DNA of 64,000 nt from positions 27,218,001 to 27,282,000 of the forward strand of contig CM060734.1 in NCBI GenBank assembly GCA_030704615.1, in the 5' to 3' direction. Positions within the stretch are counted from its first letter, which is position 1. Each line of letters begins with the position of its first letter. Positions 23,587 through 35,404 of the stretch are shown piece after piece. Both the position numbers and the translations under genes were made by a program. Source of the DNA: Takakia lepidozioides. Its lineage: Eukaryota; Plantae; Bryophyta. The notes beneath the pieces were generated by a model. The model saw only the letters and a program-made list of their open reading frames with translations, made no database searches and was not told where the DNA came from.

Positions 23587-25719
23587 TAAACATGGTCTGG
23601 TTGCCTGCAGGAACTAGCCACAGGTCCACGAAATCAGGATGTTTGTCCAAGCAGTTCTCTGCCATGAGAACATACTTTATGTACCTACAGGTACAGAGAC
23701 AGCCTCATTATGCAATGCAACTATTGTCTCCCATCTTTTCTACCACATCACGAAGACCCCCTAAAAGAGTATGCGGCACCGCACACTACAACCACCGCAC
23801 ACAAAATAGCCTGAAGGGCCCAGGGTGTGCATGTTGGTGTTACTACACACGGATAGAACAAATGAGTGTGCGGCACCGCACACTCATATGAGCGAGCACA
23901 AAACAGGTTGGATGGAGGAGAGTGTGTCTTTGCAAAACAAAGAAGCATAGTCCATTTCGCACCTGTAAAGGCATTGTTTCCAGGCTTCCTCTCCTTTCTC
24001 TTGCTGGTCAAGCTCATTTGTTCGACTGATGCCACCCTCCTTGTTGAACTCCCCAAAGAAACAAGATTGCCACACTGTGGCTCTCCATTTTCGCATGTAT
24101 GCTTGGAAGGTGACCTTCGGTGCTGTCATGGTGATGCCATAGTCAGCCAGCTGCGTATGTAGAACAGACTGGGCCCTTTCCTCCAACTGCAAAACAATTC
24201 GAATGCAAGAATGAACCAGAAAACAATCACAGCCACTGTAACATGGAATGAGAATGACAGAAAAGCGAAATGAAAGTGACACAGCAAAGGACATCATACC
24301 TGGCTCCAATAAGTGGCCTTGTGAAGCCATGTGTCCATCATATTGTCACTGACTGGAATGACACGCTGGGTCTTCTTCTCTTTCTCCGGCCTGGGGAACA
24401 TGTGGGTATCCCTAACAGTGGGATCGGAGTTCCATATTTGTAGCCACTTCACCTTCTGTTCTGAAGACACAACGGCGGTAGACAATCTATGCAATTTCTC
24501 CTAGGCCATCTCCGGCTTGCCTGGCTTGTTGAAATGGTTTTTCACCTCTTGAAGAAACTGTGGTCCGAAGGATGGGTCGGCAATTCTCAACTACTTCACA
24601 AAAGCACTCATAATATTCTTTCTTGTGGCGGTCATCTCTTGCTTGATGTGACTCTCAACCCCCTTTGCTGTCCTTCTCTCTTCAGGGGTAGAGCTGTAGT
24701 ATTCCAGTTTGTCACGCTATCCTGCATCTGCAATGTCTTGCTGCAAGAGAATGCACGACAGTTGCATCAACACAAGGGCAAGGGAAACAAACAGAAACAA
24801 AGATCTGGAAGCAGGAATATGGAAAGGCCAGATGATGGAAGATGTATCTCACCGCGTACATATACTCCATGAAAGCCTCACGGGTCAACGAGTACCATGT
24901 TTCTGAAGTCTTGGAGCTTTCGCACTTCTTGTACGTCTCTGCTGAAAGGATGGTCTTGAAGTTGGTCAAGGGCATCTGGCCGATCCTCTGTATCCTGTAC
25001 AGAGTGTGAACCAGACTCGTTTTCACATGCAATGTCTCCGTCCCTCTGCAGAATGACGTATGAAAGTCAGAATGAAATTCAAGAACCGACAACAGAGGAC
25101 TGAAACCAAAGAAACTAAGAATGCTTGGGTCGAAGGTTTCCTGGAGAGAAGAAGTTCGAAGGATTTGTTCACTTGTCTCCAAATGGGATCCCAAGAGTCC
25201 ACGATTGACTCATCCACAAGGAGCTCTTTGCCTCTAGAATCCCTAGTAGAAACGTAAAAGACTGCGGATCCATCCAAATACCCATGAACAAACTCGGCCT
25301 CCAGCTTCGGGATGTCCTTGATGAGGGGTGGACGAACGACGGGCATGGAAACCAACCTACACAGGGGAATCTTCAACCTCCCACCCGGGGCAAGCATACT
25401 TTGCACCACAAGCTGAGAATTTACCTTCTGACCCCCCAGCATCTCCGCGGCTTTGCTTTCATAGAACTCATCGTCCACATCAAGAATGATCTCCTTTTCC
25501 TGCCCTGAAGGGTTCTCATCCTCCACCCTTTGCATCTTGTCCAGCAGGGATGTTCATTCAAATTGACATAAGAGAGAGGCCAGAAACAATGTGCGGTGCC
25601 GAACACTGTACAGAGCTTCAAACACATACATTTTTCCGTGTTTTCACAAAGCTTCAAGTGTGCTTCAAAGTTTCAAAAAGAAATAAGTTGACTTCCTATT
25701 ACATCAAAACATATCGCAG

Positions 25720-27570
25720 TAAAGGGGCACAAACAGTGTGCGGCACCGAGCAGTGTCTGCCATGTTCAAAACACACCTAGATGGATGCACGAAACAATCT
25801 GCGGCAATGCACACTGTTTGTGCCCCCCTTTTTGCTTGTTTTTTGATTTCAAAATGTGCCACACCAGCAGTGTCTGCCATATTCAAAACACACCTAGATG
25901 GAAGCACGAAACAGTGTGCGGCAACACACACTGTTTGTGCCCCTCTTCTTTGCAAATTTTTGATGTCAATATGCAACATACCAGGCCAGTCTGTCATGTA
26001 TCAAACACACCTAGATGGAAGCATGAAACAGTGTGTGGCACCGCACACTCTTTGTGCCCCTCTTCTTTGTTTTTTTTTATGTCAAAATGAACCACACCAA
26101 CAGTGTCTGCCAGGTTCAAAACACACCTAATTGGAAGCACCAAACAGTGTGCGGCACCGCACACTGTTTGTGCCCCTCTTCTTTGCCAAATTTTGATGTC
26201 AAAATGTAACACACCAGGCCACTCTGTCATGTCTCAGCCCCTTTGTATTTTATTCACCCAACTCTGTCTATCAGTCTTCAATCAACCTGTAAGCACAGAA
26301 TAGTCACTCTGGGCTACATTTCTTGAAACCCCTGTCAAGTGTTCTATTTGGTTTGGAATGAACCCATTCAGTTCTCTCTCTTGCTTGAAACAGAGACAAA
26401 TGGAAGCAAGAAATTTTGACATTAAAAAAACAAGCAAAAAGGGGGGCTCAAACAGTGTGCGTTACCGCACACTGTTTCGTGCTTCCAATTAGGTGTGTTT
26501 TGAATATGACAGACTGGCCTTGTGTGGCACATTTTGACATCAAAAAACAAACAAAAAGGGGGGCACAAACAGTGTGCGTTGCCGCATATTGTTTCGTGCA
26601 TCCATCTAGGTGTGTTTTGAACATGGCAGTCACTGCTGGTGTGGCACATTTTGACATCAAATAACAAGCAAAAAAGGGGGCACAAACAGTGTGCGTTGCC
26701 GCACACTGTTTCGTGCTTCCATATAGGTGTAAGTTTTTTCTTACGAGGAAGTTTTTCACTGCTCAGATGAGTCCAAGCGACACAATGGAGCAACACTTGA
26801 ACAAATTGGGAGCTATGGCAGAAGAGCTCGATGCTATTGGAGCATCGGTGCCACGAGAAGTGAAGGTCTTGATACTTCTTATGAGTTTGCCACATAGCTA
26901 TCAGTTCTTGGTCACGTCTCTAGAGTCATACACGTCGCTTACGTGGGATATTGTGACTTTAATAGGTTGCTCAATGAGGAACTTATGAGGAGAGAGAAAG
27001 GAACGTGTTCACAGTCTGATGAAGTAGCGTTGTTGGTTCATAATAATAAAAAGAGCCCAGACTCTAATAAAGTCAGAAACAAGAGCAAGGATATTTGTAA
27101 TTACTGTTTTGAACATGGCAGACTGGCCTTGTGTGGCACATTTTGACATCAAAAAACCAGCAAAAAGGGGGGCACAAACAGTGTGCATTGCCGCACACTG
27201 TTTTGTGCTTCCATCTAGGTACATTTTGACATGACAGACTAGGCTGGTGGGGTACAGTTTGACATCAAAAACAAGCAAAACAGGGGGGCACAAATAGTGT
27301 GCGTTGCCGCACACTGTTTTGTGCTTCCATGTAAGTGTGTTTGATACATGGCAGACTGGGCTGGTGTGGTACATTTTGACATCAAAAAACAACAAGATGA
27401 GGGGCACAAACAGTGTGCGGTGCCCCACACTGTTTCATGCTTCAAATTATGTGTGCTTCATACCTGCAAGACACTCCTGTAATGGAGCATTTTCACCTGA
27501 AAATGAAGCACAGAAGAGGGGCACAAACAGTGTGCGGTGCCGCACACTATTTCGTGCTTCCACTTTTCTA
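25720..27570. repeat. ~117-bp satellite in two oppositely oriented blocks (25750-26235 and 26415-27570)
   Basis: Unit tcaaaacacacctagatggaagcacgaaacagtgtgcggcaccgcacactgtttgtgcccc… about 4 times, then its reverse complement about 6 times. Each unit holds the stem AAACAGTGTGCG…GCACACTGTTT. Confidence 0.92.
26733..27105 (+). pseudogene. gag: Isolated Ty1/Copia gag fragment inside the satellite
   Basis: RKFFTAQM…MEQHLNKL…LDAIGASVPREVKVLILLMSLPHSYQFLVTSLE…RLLNEE…ICNYC (UBN2-type gag plus start of Zn knuckle). Confidence 0.88.
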
Positions 27571-27741
27571 TGTTTGAAGTTCTGGGGAATGGATATAGAT
27601 AGCGACCAGCAAACCCTAAACAACTTGAAAGACCTGCAGCATCAATGTGCGGCACCGCACAGAGGTTTATGCTTGCACATATTTCAGCTTGCATAACTGG
27701 GCCAGCATAACATGAAGCAAAACAAAAGGTAGCAGTGAACA

Positions 27742-28149
27742 TCACTTGTACCTTTCTTTGTGCTGCGTAGATGTCTCTCCAATCGCAGGAGACCCTTTGC
27801 GCTTCGGACTGTTGTCCACGCCGAGCATGTTCTGGAGCATCTCCCCCATCCTCTTTTCCACTATCTGCTTCTTCATGAGGCCAACATCAACGTCCTCTTC
27901 GGCGTCCGTCTCTCCCTCGGATGCAGTCTTCTCCTCACCCATTCTCGGCAGTATGGGGTGTTGTTGTTCCTCTCCAAAATCCTGCTCTTGCATCGCCAAC
28001 CTTTCCTCATTGCCCTCTTCTTCCTCCTTTCCCTCTTCGTCTACTCTTTCCAACCTCATTCTATCTTTGGCTCTCTTCCTATCCCTAGTGCTGGTAAAGT
28101 ATAGCGACTTCCTTCTCTTCTTCCTCCGATGGAAACAAACGCTCCCCAC
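27742..28149 (-). CDS. Charged low-complexity ORF with NLS-like basic stretches; possible upstream exon of the methyltransferase gene
   Basis: 135 codons, RRKKRRK and PKRK, same strand as the gene, possible donor AG|GTAC near 27750. Its phase does not join directly to 25535. Confidence 0.35.
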   Translation of the reverse strand: MGSVCFHRRKKRRKSLYFTSTRDRKRAKDRMRLERVDEEGKEEEEGNEERLAMQEQDFGEEQQHPILPRMGEEKTASEGETDAEEDVDVGLMKKQIVEKRMGEMLQNMLGVDNSPKRKGSPAIGETSTQHKERYK

Positions 28150-28496
28150 GCTGCCTCTAGAGCTCTCCAGTTTGAAGTTTGCAACAACGGTTGCTTTGGC
28201 ATGTATCGAAAATACAATTTGGACATTGTTAACCGTATTTGGATGCGGGTGTCATCATTATGTGCGAACGGAATTCATCCATTTCTCCATCGTTGAATTA
28301 CCCAAAGAACTAAATGGTGGCACTTCAATTGCCGTTCCGTCTACTTGTGGGATATGTCAGATGTACTTCGCCGGCTGCCAGTACACGACAGGCTTTTTGC
28401 GTTCATGGAAATTGAGAAGTGTCGTAAAAATCTATCGTGAGTCGAATTTTGACGAGTACTTGCACATTGGCAATAATTGTGATGCTTCACATATGT

Positions 28497-29030
28497 TGTT
28501 AGAGGGTTGTCAGGGTCTTAGACAGTTTTACGGGTTCTGTGGGGTACCCTTAATTTTTGCGCATACTTACGGATGGTAGACTTAGACCAACAGAGGCCTT
28601 AGGGGTGACAAACACAGGCTTTAGGGGTGGTAGACAGGCTTACACACTCGGTCACAACCTTACACAATCGTACACAGCCTATCACAGTCTATCACAGCCC
28701 GACATAGTCCGACATAGCCAGTCACAGCTCGGCACAGTCACAGCCTGACACAGCTTGGCACAGCCCGTCACAGCGTACGTAGGGAATGGTTATCATTGGC
28801 AGGGAACGACTATGTGGGAACAACATCTGCAGAGGGAACGTGCTTACTTCTTGGGTGACAGTTAGTTAGTTAGGCAGCTAGAACAGCTTGCAGATAAATT
28901 AGGCATAGCAGCAACATGGAGGACACTTCTGAAGGGAGCACTTCTTGGTCAGGAGTAGAGGCCTTCAGGGAGAGAGAACGATCTGGAGCTGAGGAAGGAA
29001 GAGCGCGGTGGAGGAGGAGACACGATCTGT
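28497..29030 (+). repeat. 5' half of the Gypsy copy-1 5' LTR (inverted)
   Basis: Begins TGTTAGAGGG and is the reverse complement of ~38760-39275, including the 10-bp CACAGCC-type tandem repeats. Confidence 0.92.
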
Positions 29031-32000
29031 TGGTGGAAGTTTGAAGACAGATGAGGTGAGCAAATGGAAAGAGAGGGATGGGAAGGCTCATTCCATCCTT
29101 GTTTGGCATCTCCAAGACTCTGTCATTCGACACATCAAGACTTCAAAGACGGCATCTGAGGCCTGGAAGAAGCTACAGGAGTTGTACGAAAAAAAATCTG
29201 TACCTGAGCAATTGATATTGCTTAGGAATGTGCTAACTTCCAGATTGCAAGAAGGTGGAAACCTTTCTGATCACGTCAACAAGTTGAAAGATGTCATCGA
29301 TCAGTTGGAGGCTGCAGAATGTAAGTCAGGCGAACGCTTCAACCTACTCATTCTTTTGAACAGTTTGCCAGTGTCATACAATAACGTGGTAGTATTCATT
29401 GGCAACAACAAAAACATAAAGTGGGATGAAGCAGTGACCATTCTTCTCCAAGAAGACACTCGTCAATGACAACTTGGATTGCACGGTGAAGAGACCACTG
29501 CATTAGTGGCCAGATATACCAAGAACCAAGCTGTTGGTAAGAAAGGTGTCCAGAATGCCAAGGCAAAAGGTGGTAAGAATCCTGATCAGAAGAAAGTTGT
29601 CATCTGCACACATTGCAAGAGATGAGGACATGAAGCGAAGGATTGTTGGAAGAGAATCGCGGAGGAAGTCAAATCCAAACCGTCATCACAGGCCAACGTG
29701 GTAAAATGCCGAAACTTCACTGTCAACTACTTTAGATGTGGATGCAGTTCTACTGATGGCTCAATATGATGCATCAATATGCATGAGCGTTAGTGCTCTT
29801 GATTCTTGGTTGTTGGACTCAAGAGCCAGACACCATATGACATCTAGATCAGATTGGTTTGTGGAATTCCAAGAAGCCCATGTTCCCAAGGAGAGTGAAA
29901 GTGGCCAATGCCACTTGCAGTGAAATTATAGGTCAAGGAACCATACTTACACGGCTTCCTAATGGCACGACCAAGGAGCTAAAAGGTGTACTTTGTGTTC
30001 CAAGTCTAGAGAACAACCTCCTGGCAGTAAGTAAATTGGCAGATGAAGGTATGAATACTTTATTCAAGAAAAAAGGTTGTGAACTCTATGATGACGACTT
30101 GAATTTGATGGCCAAAGGAGATAGAGTTGGGGATCTTTACTCATTGACACCAGTGCAACAGTACTGCGCAAAAGCATCCTTAAGTGGACAAGAAAATTCA
30201 GCAGAGATATGGCATAAGAGATTGGGGCATCTGAATTTTCAAACAATGCACTTGATGGAAAAAGCTCAAGCTGTCACAGGGTTTAAGATTGAAGATGGAT
30301 CACACCAAAAACTTTGCAAAGGGTAATTGCTTGGTAAGCAACATAAGGCACCCATTCCTAAGACCACAGGCAACAAGGCTGCCCATGTGCTTGAGTTGGT
30401 CCACACTGACGTGGTTGGACCGATGAGAGTTCCTTCACTTGGAGGAGCCAAGTATTTTGTGGCATTTACGGATGATTTCTCTAGGAGGGTGGCTGTCTAT
30501 TGCTTGAAAGAAAAATTAGGCGTCCTTGATGCATTCAAGACCTTTCATAAGATTGCAAAAATGCAAACAAGTCTGAAGTTGAAGGCGATCAGGAGCGACA
30601 ACGGTGGAGAGTTTACTTCTCTCGCTTTCAAGGAATATTGCAGTCAAAAAGGCATCCAGAGATACACTTCTGTTCCTTACAATGCCTTTCAAAATGGCCT
30701 GGCTGAGAGAATGAACAGGACGCTGATGGAGAGTGTCTGTAGCATGATTCATGACAGCAAGCTGATCAAGGCTTTGTGGGCTGAAGCGGTAACTTCTGCA
30801 GCGTATATTCGGAACCGAGTGATCACCAAGGCATCTCCAACCAAGACTCCTGAAGAGATTTGGTCTGGTAAGAAGCAAAGTGTTGATCATTTTAGGGTTT
30901 TCGGATGTAAGGTTTACGCTCATGTTCCAAAAGAAAAAAGAACCAAATTGGAGCCTAAGAGCGTGAAGTGCATTTTTGTGGGCTAGTGAAGAAGCGAAGG
31001 GATACAAAATGTTTAATCCAAGCACGAGGAAGGTGTTCCTTAGTAGGGATGTGGTATTTGATGAATTCAATACAATACAGGGACAAGAGCTGAAATCTCA
31101 TGGTGACACGAAATTGTGGAATCTTTGGGATTTATTTCCTGTCAACCCTATTGAGTGTTTTACAAGGAGGGAACTTGAAGAGCAGGTTCAAGAAAATCAG
31201 ATCCATGATGCTCCACACGATGACGAGAGAATGCAAGAAGTAAATGTGCAGATTGATCTTGACGACAAGGAGTCGACATGTGATAGCATTGCAGATCGTG
31301 ATGATTTGAGAACAGCAGTCGAGGAAGATTCACATGAAGAGGTCGAAGCAGTAGCCTCTCCATCTGGACAATCACCTTCAGCAGGAGCAAATGAACACCT
31401 CAATTGCCTGGACAACGTCAAGATAAGAACTCGAAAGCCTTCACTAAAAGTCCGAGAAACCCTAGGTCATCCGATGAATTTCTCAGCAATTACCATACCT
31501 GGAAATGTTGACGAAGCATTGGAAAGTGATGCTACCGGATGGACAACTACTATGCAAGCAGAATATGACTCTCTCATAAAGAATGGAACTTGGATACTTG
31601 CTGATCTCCCAGCAGGTAGGAAGGCAATAGGCTGCAAGTGGGTCTTTGCTATCAAGTACAAAGATAATGGGACGGTCGATAGACTGAAGGCCAAGTTGAC
31701 AGCCAAGGGATATTCACAACGGGAGGGAGTGGATTACTTCGATACTTTCTCACCGGTTGTGAAAATGGCGTTAGTAAGAACGTTGCTGGCTCTTGCAGCA
31801 AAACAAGATCTGGAAATACACCAAATGGACGTTAAAACAGCATTCCTAAATGGTGATTTGAAAGAAGAGATTTATATGCAACAGCCCGAAGGTTTTGTTG
31901 TTGAAGGAGCCGAAGGAAAAGTATGCAAGCTCAAAAAATCTCTGTATGGATTGAAGCAATCCTCACAAGCTTGGTACCAACGAATCGATCGATATTTGTT

Positions 32001-33065
32001 GGCTCAAGGTTTCGGAGTGGAAAAGCGGATTCAAACATTTATGTGAAGCGAGTAGCAGAGTTGTTCGTCATCCTTGCTTTGTATGTTGACGATGCAATAT
32101 TGATATGCAACAATCTAACCTTTCTTAATGAGGTGAAGAAGGAGCTCGCTGCAGAATTTGAGATGGTAGATTATGGGATATCAACTATTGTCTTGGAATC
32201 CACATCATCCGAAACAGGGAGAAAATGACAATCGATATCAGTCAGAAACGCTACTTGGAGAATGTGCTGCAGGAATTCAAGATGGAGGATTGTAAGCCTG
32301 TAGCCATACCCATGGAAGCAAACTCGAAGTTGTCCATTGATATGTGTCAAACTTCAGCAAAAGAGCAGGAGCAGATGAAGGGAATACCATATCGAAAGGC
32401 CATAGGTTGCCTTATATATGCAGCAATTCTCACAAGACCTGATCTTGCCTTTGTTGTAGGTCTGTTAAGTCGTGCTATGGAAAATCCAGGTTACCTCCAT
32501 TGGGCTGCAGTCAAGCGTGTGTTAAGGTATATCAAAGGCACTATTGATTTTGGTATTACATTAGGCACAGGTGAGACAGGTAGCAAATCTGGGATTTTAC
32601 AAGGATATTGCGATTCAGACTATGCAGGGGATGTGGATGCAAGGAAGTCCACATCTGGTTACTGTTTTACCTTGAATGGCGGGGTTATTTCCTGGCACAG
32701 CAAGAAACAAACAGCCACGGCCCTATCAAGCACAGAGGCTGAGTACATGGCTGCCACAGAAGCTGCCAAGGAGGCCATTTGGTTGAGGAGATTACTCCAT
32801 GACATTGGAATGAAGCAAATTGATCCTCTCAACCTCAAATGTGACAATCAGAGTTGCATTGCACTGGCTAAGTTTCGCAAGTTTCATGGAAGATCCAAGC
32901 ACATAGCAACTCAGTTTCACTTCATTCGAGAGAAAGTGGAGGAGGAAGAAATTTTGTTGGAATATTGTCCAACTAAATTGCAGGCTGCAGATATTTTTAC
33001 CAAGCCGCTGCCAAGGGCAAGCTTTGAACTTCACATGAAAAAGCTACAAATAAGGCCTCTACTGA
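29025..33065 (+). pseudogene. Copia gag-pol polyprotein with stops and frameshifts
   Basis: AWKKLQELY, LLNSLPVSY, CTHCKR*GHEAKDC; WLLDSRARHHMT; WHKRLGHLN; LVHTDVVGP, RSDNGGEF, NGLAERMNRTL; QMDVKTAFLNG, LYVDD; GYCDSDYAGD, EAEY, ADIFTKPL. Confidence 0.95.
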
Positions 33066-33072
33066 GCATGAG

Positions 33073-33397
33073 TGTTAGAATGTGCATTTATTCTACCCTC
33101 GATAACTCTCCCATATTTGTAGGATTAGATCAGGTCTGGTTACCTACCCACGACGGTGCTTAATTGCACATTGACGGTGATCCTTATCTCTTACTATGAA
33201 TAGCGACTAGAAGCCCAGCCTCTCCACAGGACTCTCATTGTATATAACCTTCTCATGCTTTCCGTTATATTCATTCTTTTCCCTCTTGAGCATACTGTTC
33301 TTTAGCACGTTGTTTCTTCTCACCGCCCGGTCATGTGTATGAATCTATTGTTGCTGTGAGTGTCTACAATAGCTTTAGATGTTCATGTTTTCCAACA
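33073..33397 (+). repeat. Copia 3' LTR (325 bp)
   Basis: Starts TGTTAG immediately after the RNase H end, TATATAA at 33241, ends CCAACA. No partner LTR to confirm. Confidence 0.7.
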
Positions 33398-34659
33398 TTT
33401 CTGAAGTCCTTCAGTGAAGCTGATAAGTTGATAGCTGGTCTTCCATCACATTCACACACTCATTGTAGATGGAAGCCAAGGCAAGAAGTTGGAAGCAACA
33501 ATGCGTAAGGGTGCTGAGTGTAGTGAATGTCGTGTTGGGTGCAGCGCATAGATGATGCAAGGGCTGCAAACCAGTACGCATGTTGCAGACCCCACACTCT
33601 GCATTGCACTATCGTACCGCACTGCAACGCACAATCACAAGCAGTTGCATGCACTGCACTGTCATGTTTCTTTCTCCTTTTCTCTCTGCAAAGGTAGTGA
33701 GAAATTCTCTCGATTGGTCTTCAGTCTAGGCCGTTGATGCTAGACCTGCCCACATGCCTTGCACATTTTCTTCCTCTTTAAACATCCGCTCAACTCCAAT
33801 GTTTTCGAGAAGTCAAGTCTGTGTAGAACATCTGACTTTGACCACAGTTGCAGGGTTGTTTTTAACTACATTGAGTGCCAAAGCTTACCGTGATGAAGAA
33901 ATGGATGGAGTTACTAGGAAGAGGATGAGAATCTATAAAGTGACACAAGGGCATTTTATAGACAAGTTTTTTAATTTATTGTGGATGAAAATAGAGTTAG
34001 CTATTCATGGCAACTTGAAATTAGGAGCCATCATAACTAGCCTCCCACAATTAAAAAAGTTAAAACACTATTTTTAACATAAAGTAATAACGGTCCCAAG
34101 TTCTTAAGTATACACCGGGAACTGTGCCTACGCATTGGGAACATACTGGGGGTATCAGGTCCCACGGATATCTTACCTTCCTTCTGGGCATTTCTGTGCG
34201 TCAAATCGCATGATTCCCGGACAACCCCAATTTTACAGACAGAAATTACTTGTAGAACTTTCCCTTGTGTTTTGACGAACCTTGAAGTGATACTGGTCTG
34301 TTGGAGCCTTACAGATTTGTAATACTCCTTTTTGTTTCTTCTTTTACAAATATGTTTCTTTATGTTCATCAAAGAAGATCTGGACCATTGAGACTCCCAA
34401 AAATTTAGGAAATTTTTTTTTGCCGCATCTTTACATCTGGTAAGGCTGGCGGCATTATTGAAATGAGAGCCCTCACGAGGCACCACTCTCAGTGGGTGAG
34501 TCTACTCAATTAGCTCTACTTCCCCCAATATACGCTAACAAGTGCAACTAAAAAAGGTACTCTCAATCTTGCATAGCTTTATAAAAAGACCCAAGTGGGG
34601 TGAATGTACAAATGGGTAAAATTGTCCCCAAGGGGAGAAACAAAATCTCATAGGGCTAG

Positions 34660-35105
34660 ATATATTGACAAGAAGAAAAACAAACTATTCTAGTATCACC
34701 TACTGCCTGAATAAGGTCGGACAACAGGAAAGAGGATGGGTCAGAGAGTGCCGGGAGGCGAGATGAAGCCGCCCCGGCAACCTCTGCCCGACGTAAAATA
34801 GATAGAGCTTGAGCCTTTTGTAAAGCAACAAAAACTCGTTGTCTAAAGAAAGCTACAAGAACATAGACGTTTGGGCTTCCAGCGGTTTTGTTTTCTGCTG
34901 CGCGGTGGGCACATGTGCGAAGAAAGTCGTTGAACTGATGATGCAGACAACCGAAGATCTCGACTGCCAAAGGAAGGAATGTGTCGGTGGGGTGGCGTTC
35001 CCGATAGTGGCGTTCCCGATAGTCGCGCTCCTTCCCCTATACAACTACTGAAGCAGCAACTCCCTATGATGAGGCTCACAATATCAGCTCTCAGGTCTAC
35101 CTTAG
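34660..35105 (-). mobile_element. 3' fragment of an RLE-type (CRE-like) non-LTR retrotransposon
   Basis: RADIV…KERDYRERH…PTDTFLPLAVEIFGCLH…FL…FFRQRVFVALQKAQALSIL matches the restriction-like endonuclease C-terminus of CRE-clade elements. 15-bp tandem duplication at ~34992-35022. Confidence 0.75.
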
Positions 35106-35404
35106 AAACACACTGCTTATGATGCCTTTCTCACCAAGCTCAAATCACCAACAAATTCTTGCTGGACAGGATTATACCTTACTGGTATCCCATGGCTTTG
35201 AGCCCATGACTCCAATATGTAGTGCACTTGCTGGAACTCCCTTGGCTTTGAGTTCATCACTCCAAATCGGAGTGTATTTGCTACCCTTCTGTCAAAGCCA
35301 AAGAAATGTAAGTACATCAACATGAGAAAGACGGAACAAGAAAAGAGAGGGGTAGATGGTGTGTACAAACACCACGTAAGTACATTGGTCAAAGGAAGAG
35401 AGGG

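Larger units (their letters stand above)
20343..25535 (-). pseudogene. Multi-exon gene: ParB-like N-terminal region plus C-terminal beta-class N4-cytosine/N6-adenine DNA methyltransferase domain
   Basis: Exons ~25535-25119, 25045-24853, 24716-24300, 24186-23963, 23684-~23588, 21969-21484, 21398-21060, 20935-20650, 20536-20343. Intron phases are consistent wherever both ends survive. Motif IV-like LIILDIPDG (DIPD 21321-21332), FLSDAGVLVL, RERSPAFIQTIVECCT, motif I VMDLSMGT/SASYHACKASARRLFGIEGD. Three premature stops and one mutated acceptor. Confidence 0.8.
29025..33397 (+). mobile_element. Ty1/Copia LTR retrotransposon, decayed, 5' LTR absent
   Basis: Order gag-PR-INT-RT-RH followed by a TGTTAG…CCAACA LTR. 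Confidence 0.95.

Noticed and set aside
20343-25535. Bacterial contamination as the source of the methyltransferase
   Set aside because: Phase-consistent spliceosomal introns, plant-type CHG decay and continuous embedding among plant TEs.
25704-27696. Cys/His-rich repetitive ORFs (KQCAATHTVCAP…)
   Set aside because: Translations of the satellite in several frames on both strands; no sign of real coding.
34037-34486. Possible decayed LINE C-terminal zinc-finger region (FWESQW…SVCKIGVV)
   Set aside because: Too degenerate to support without a search.
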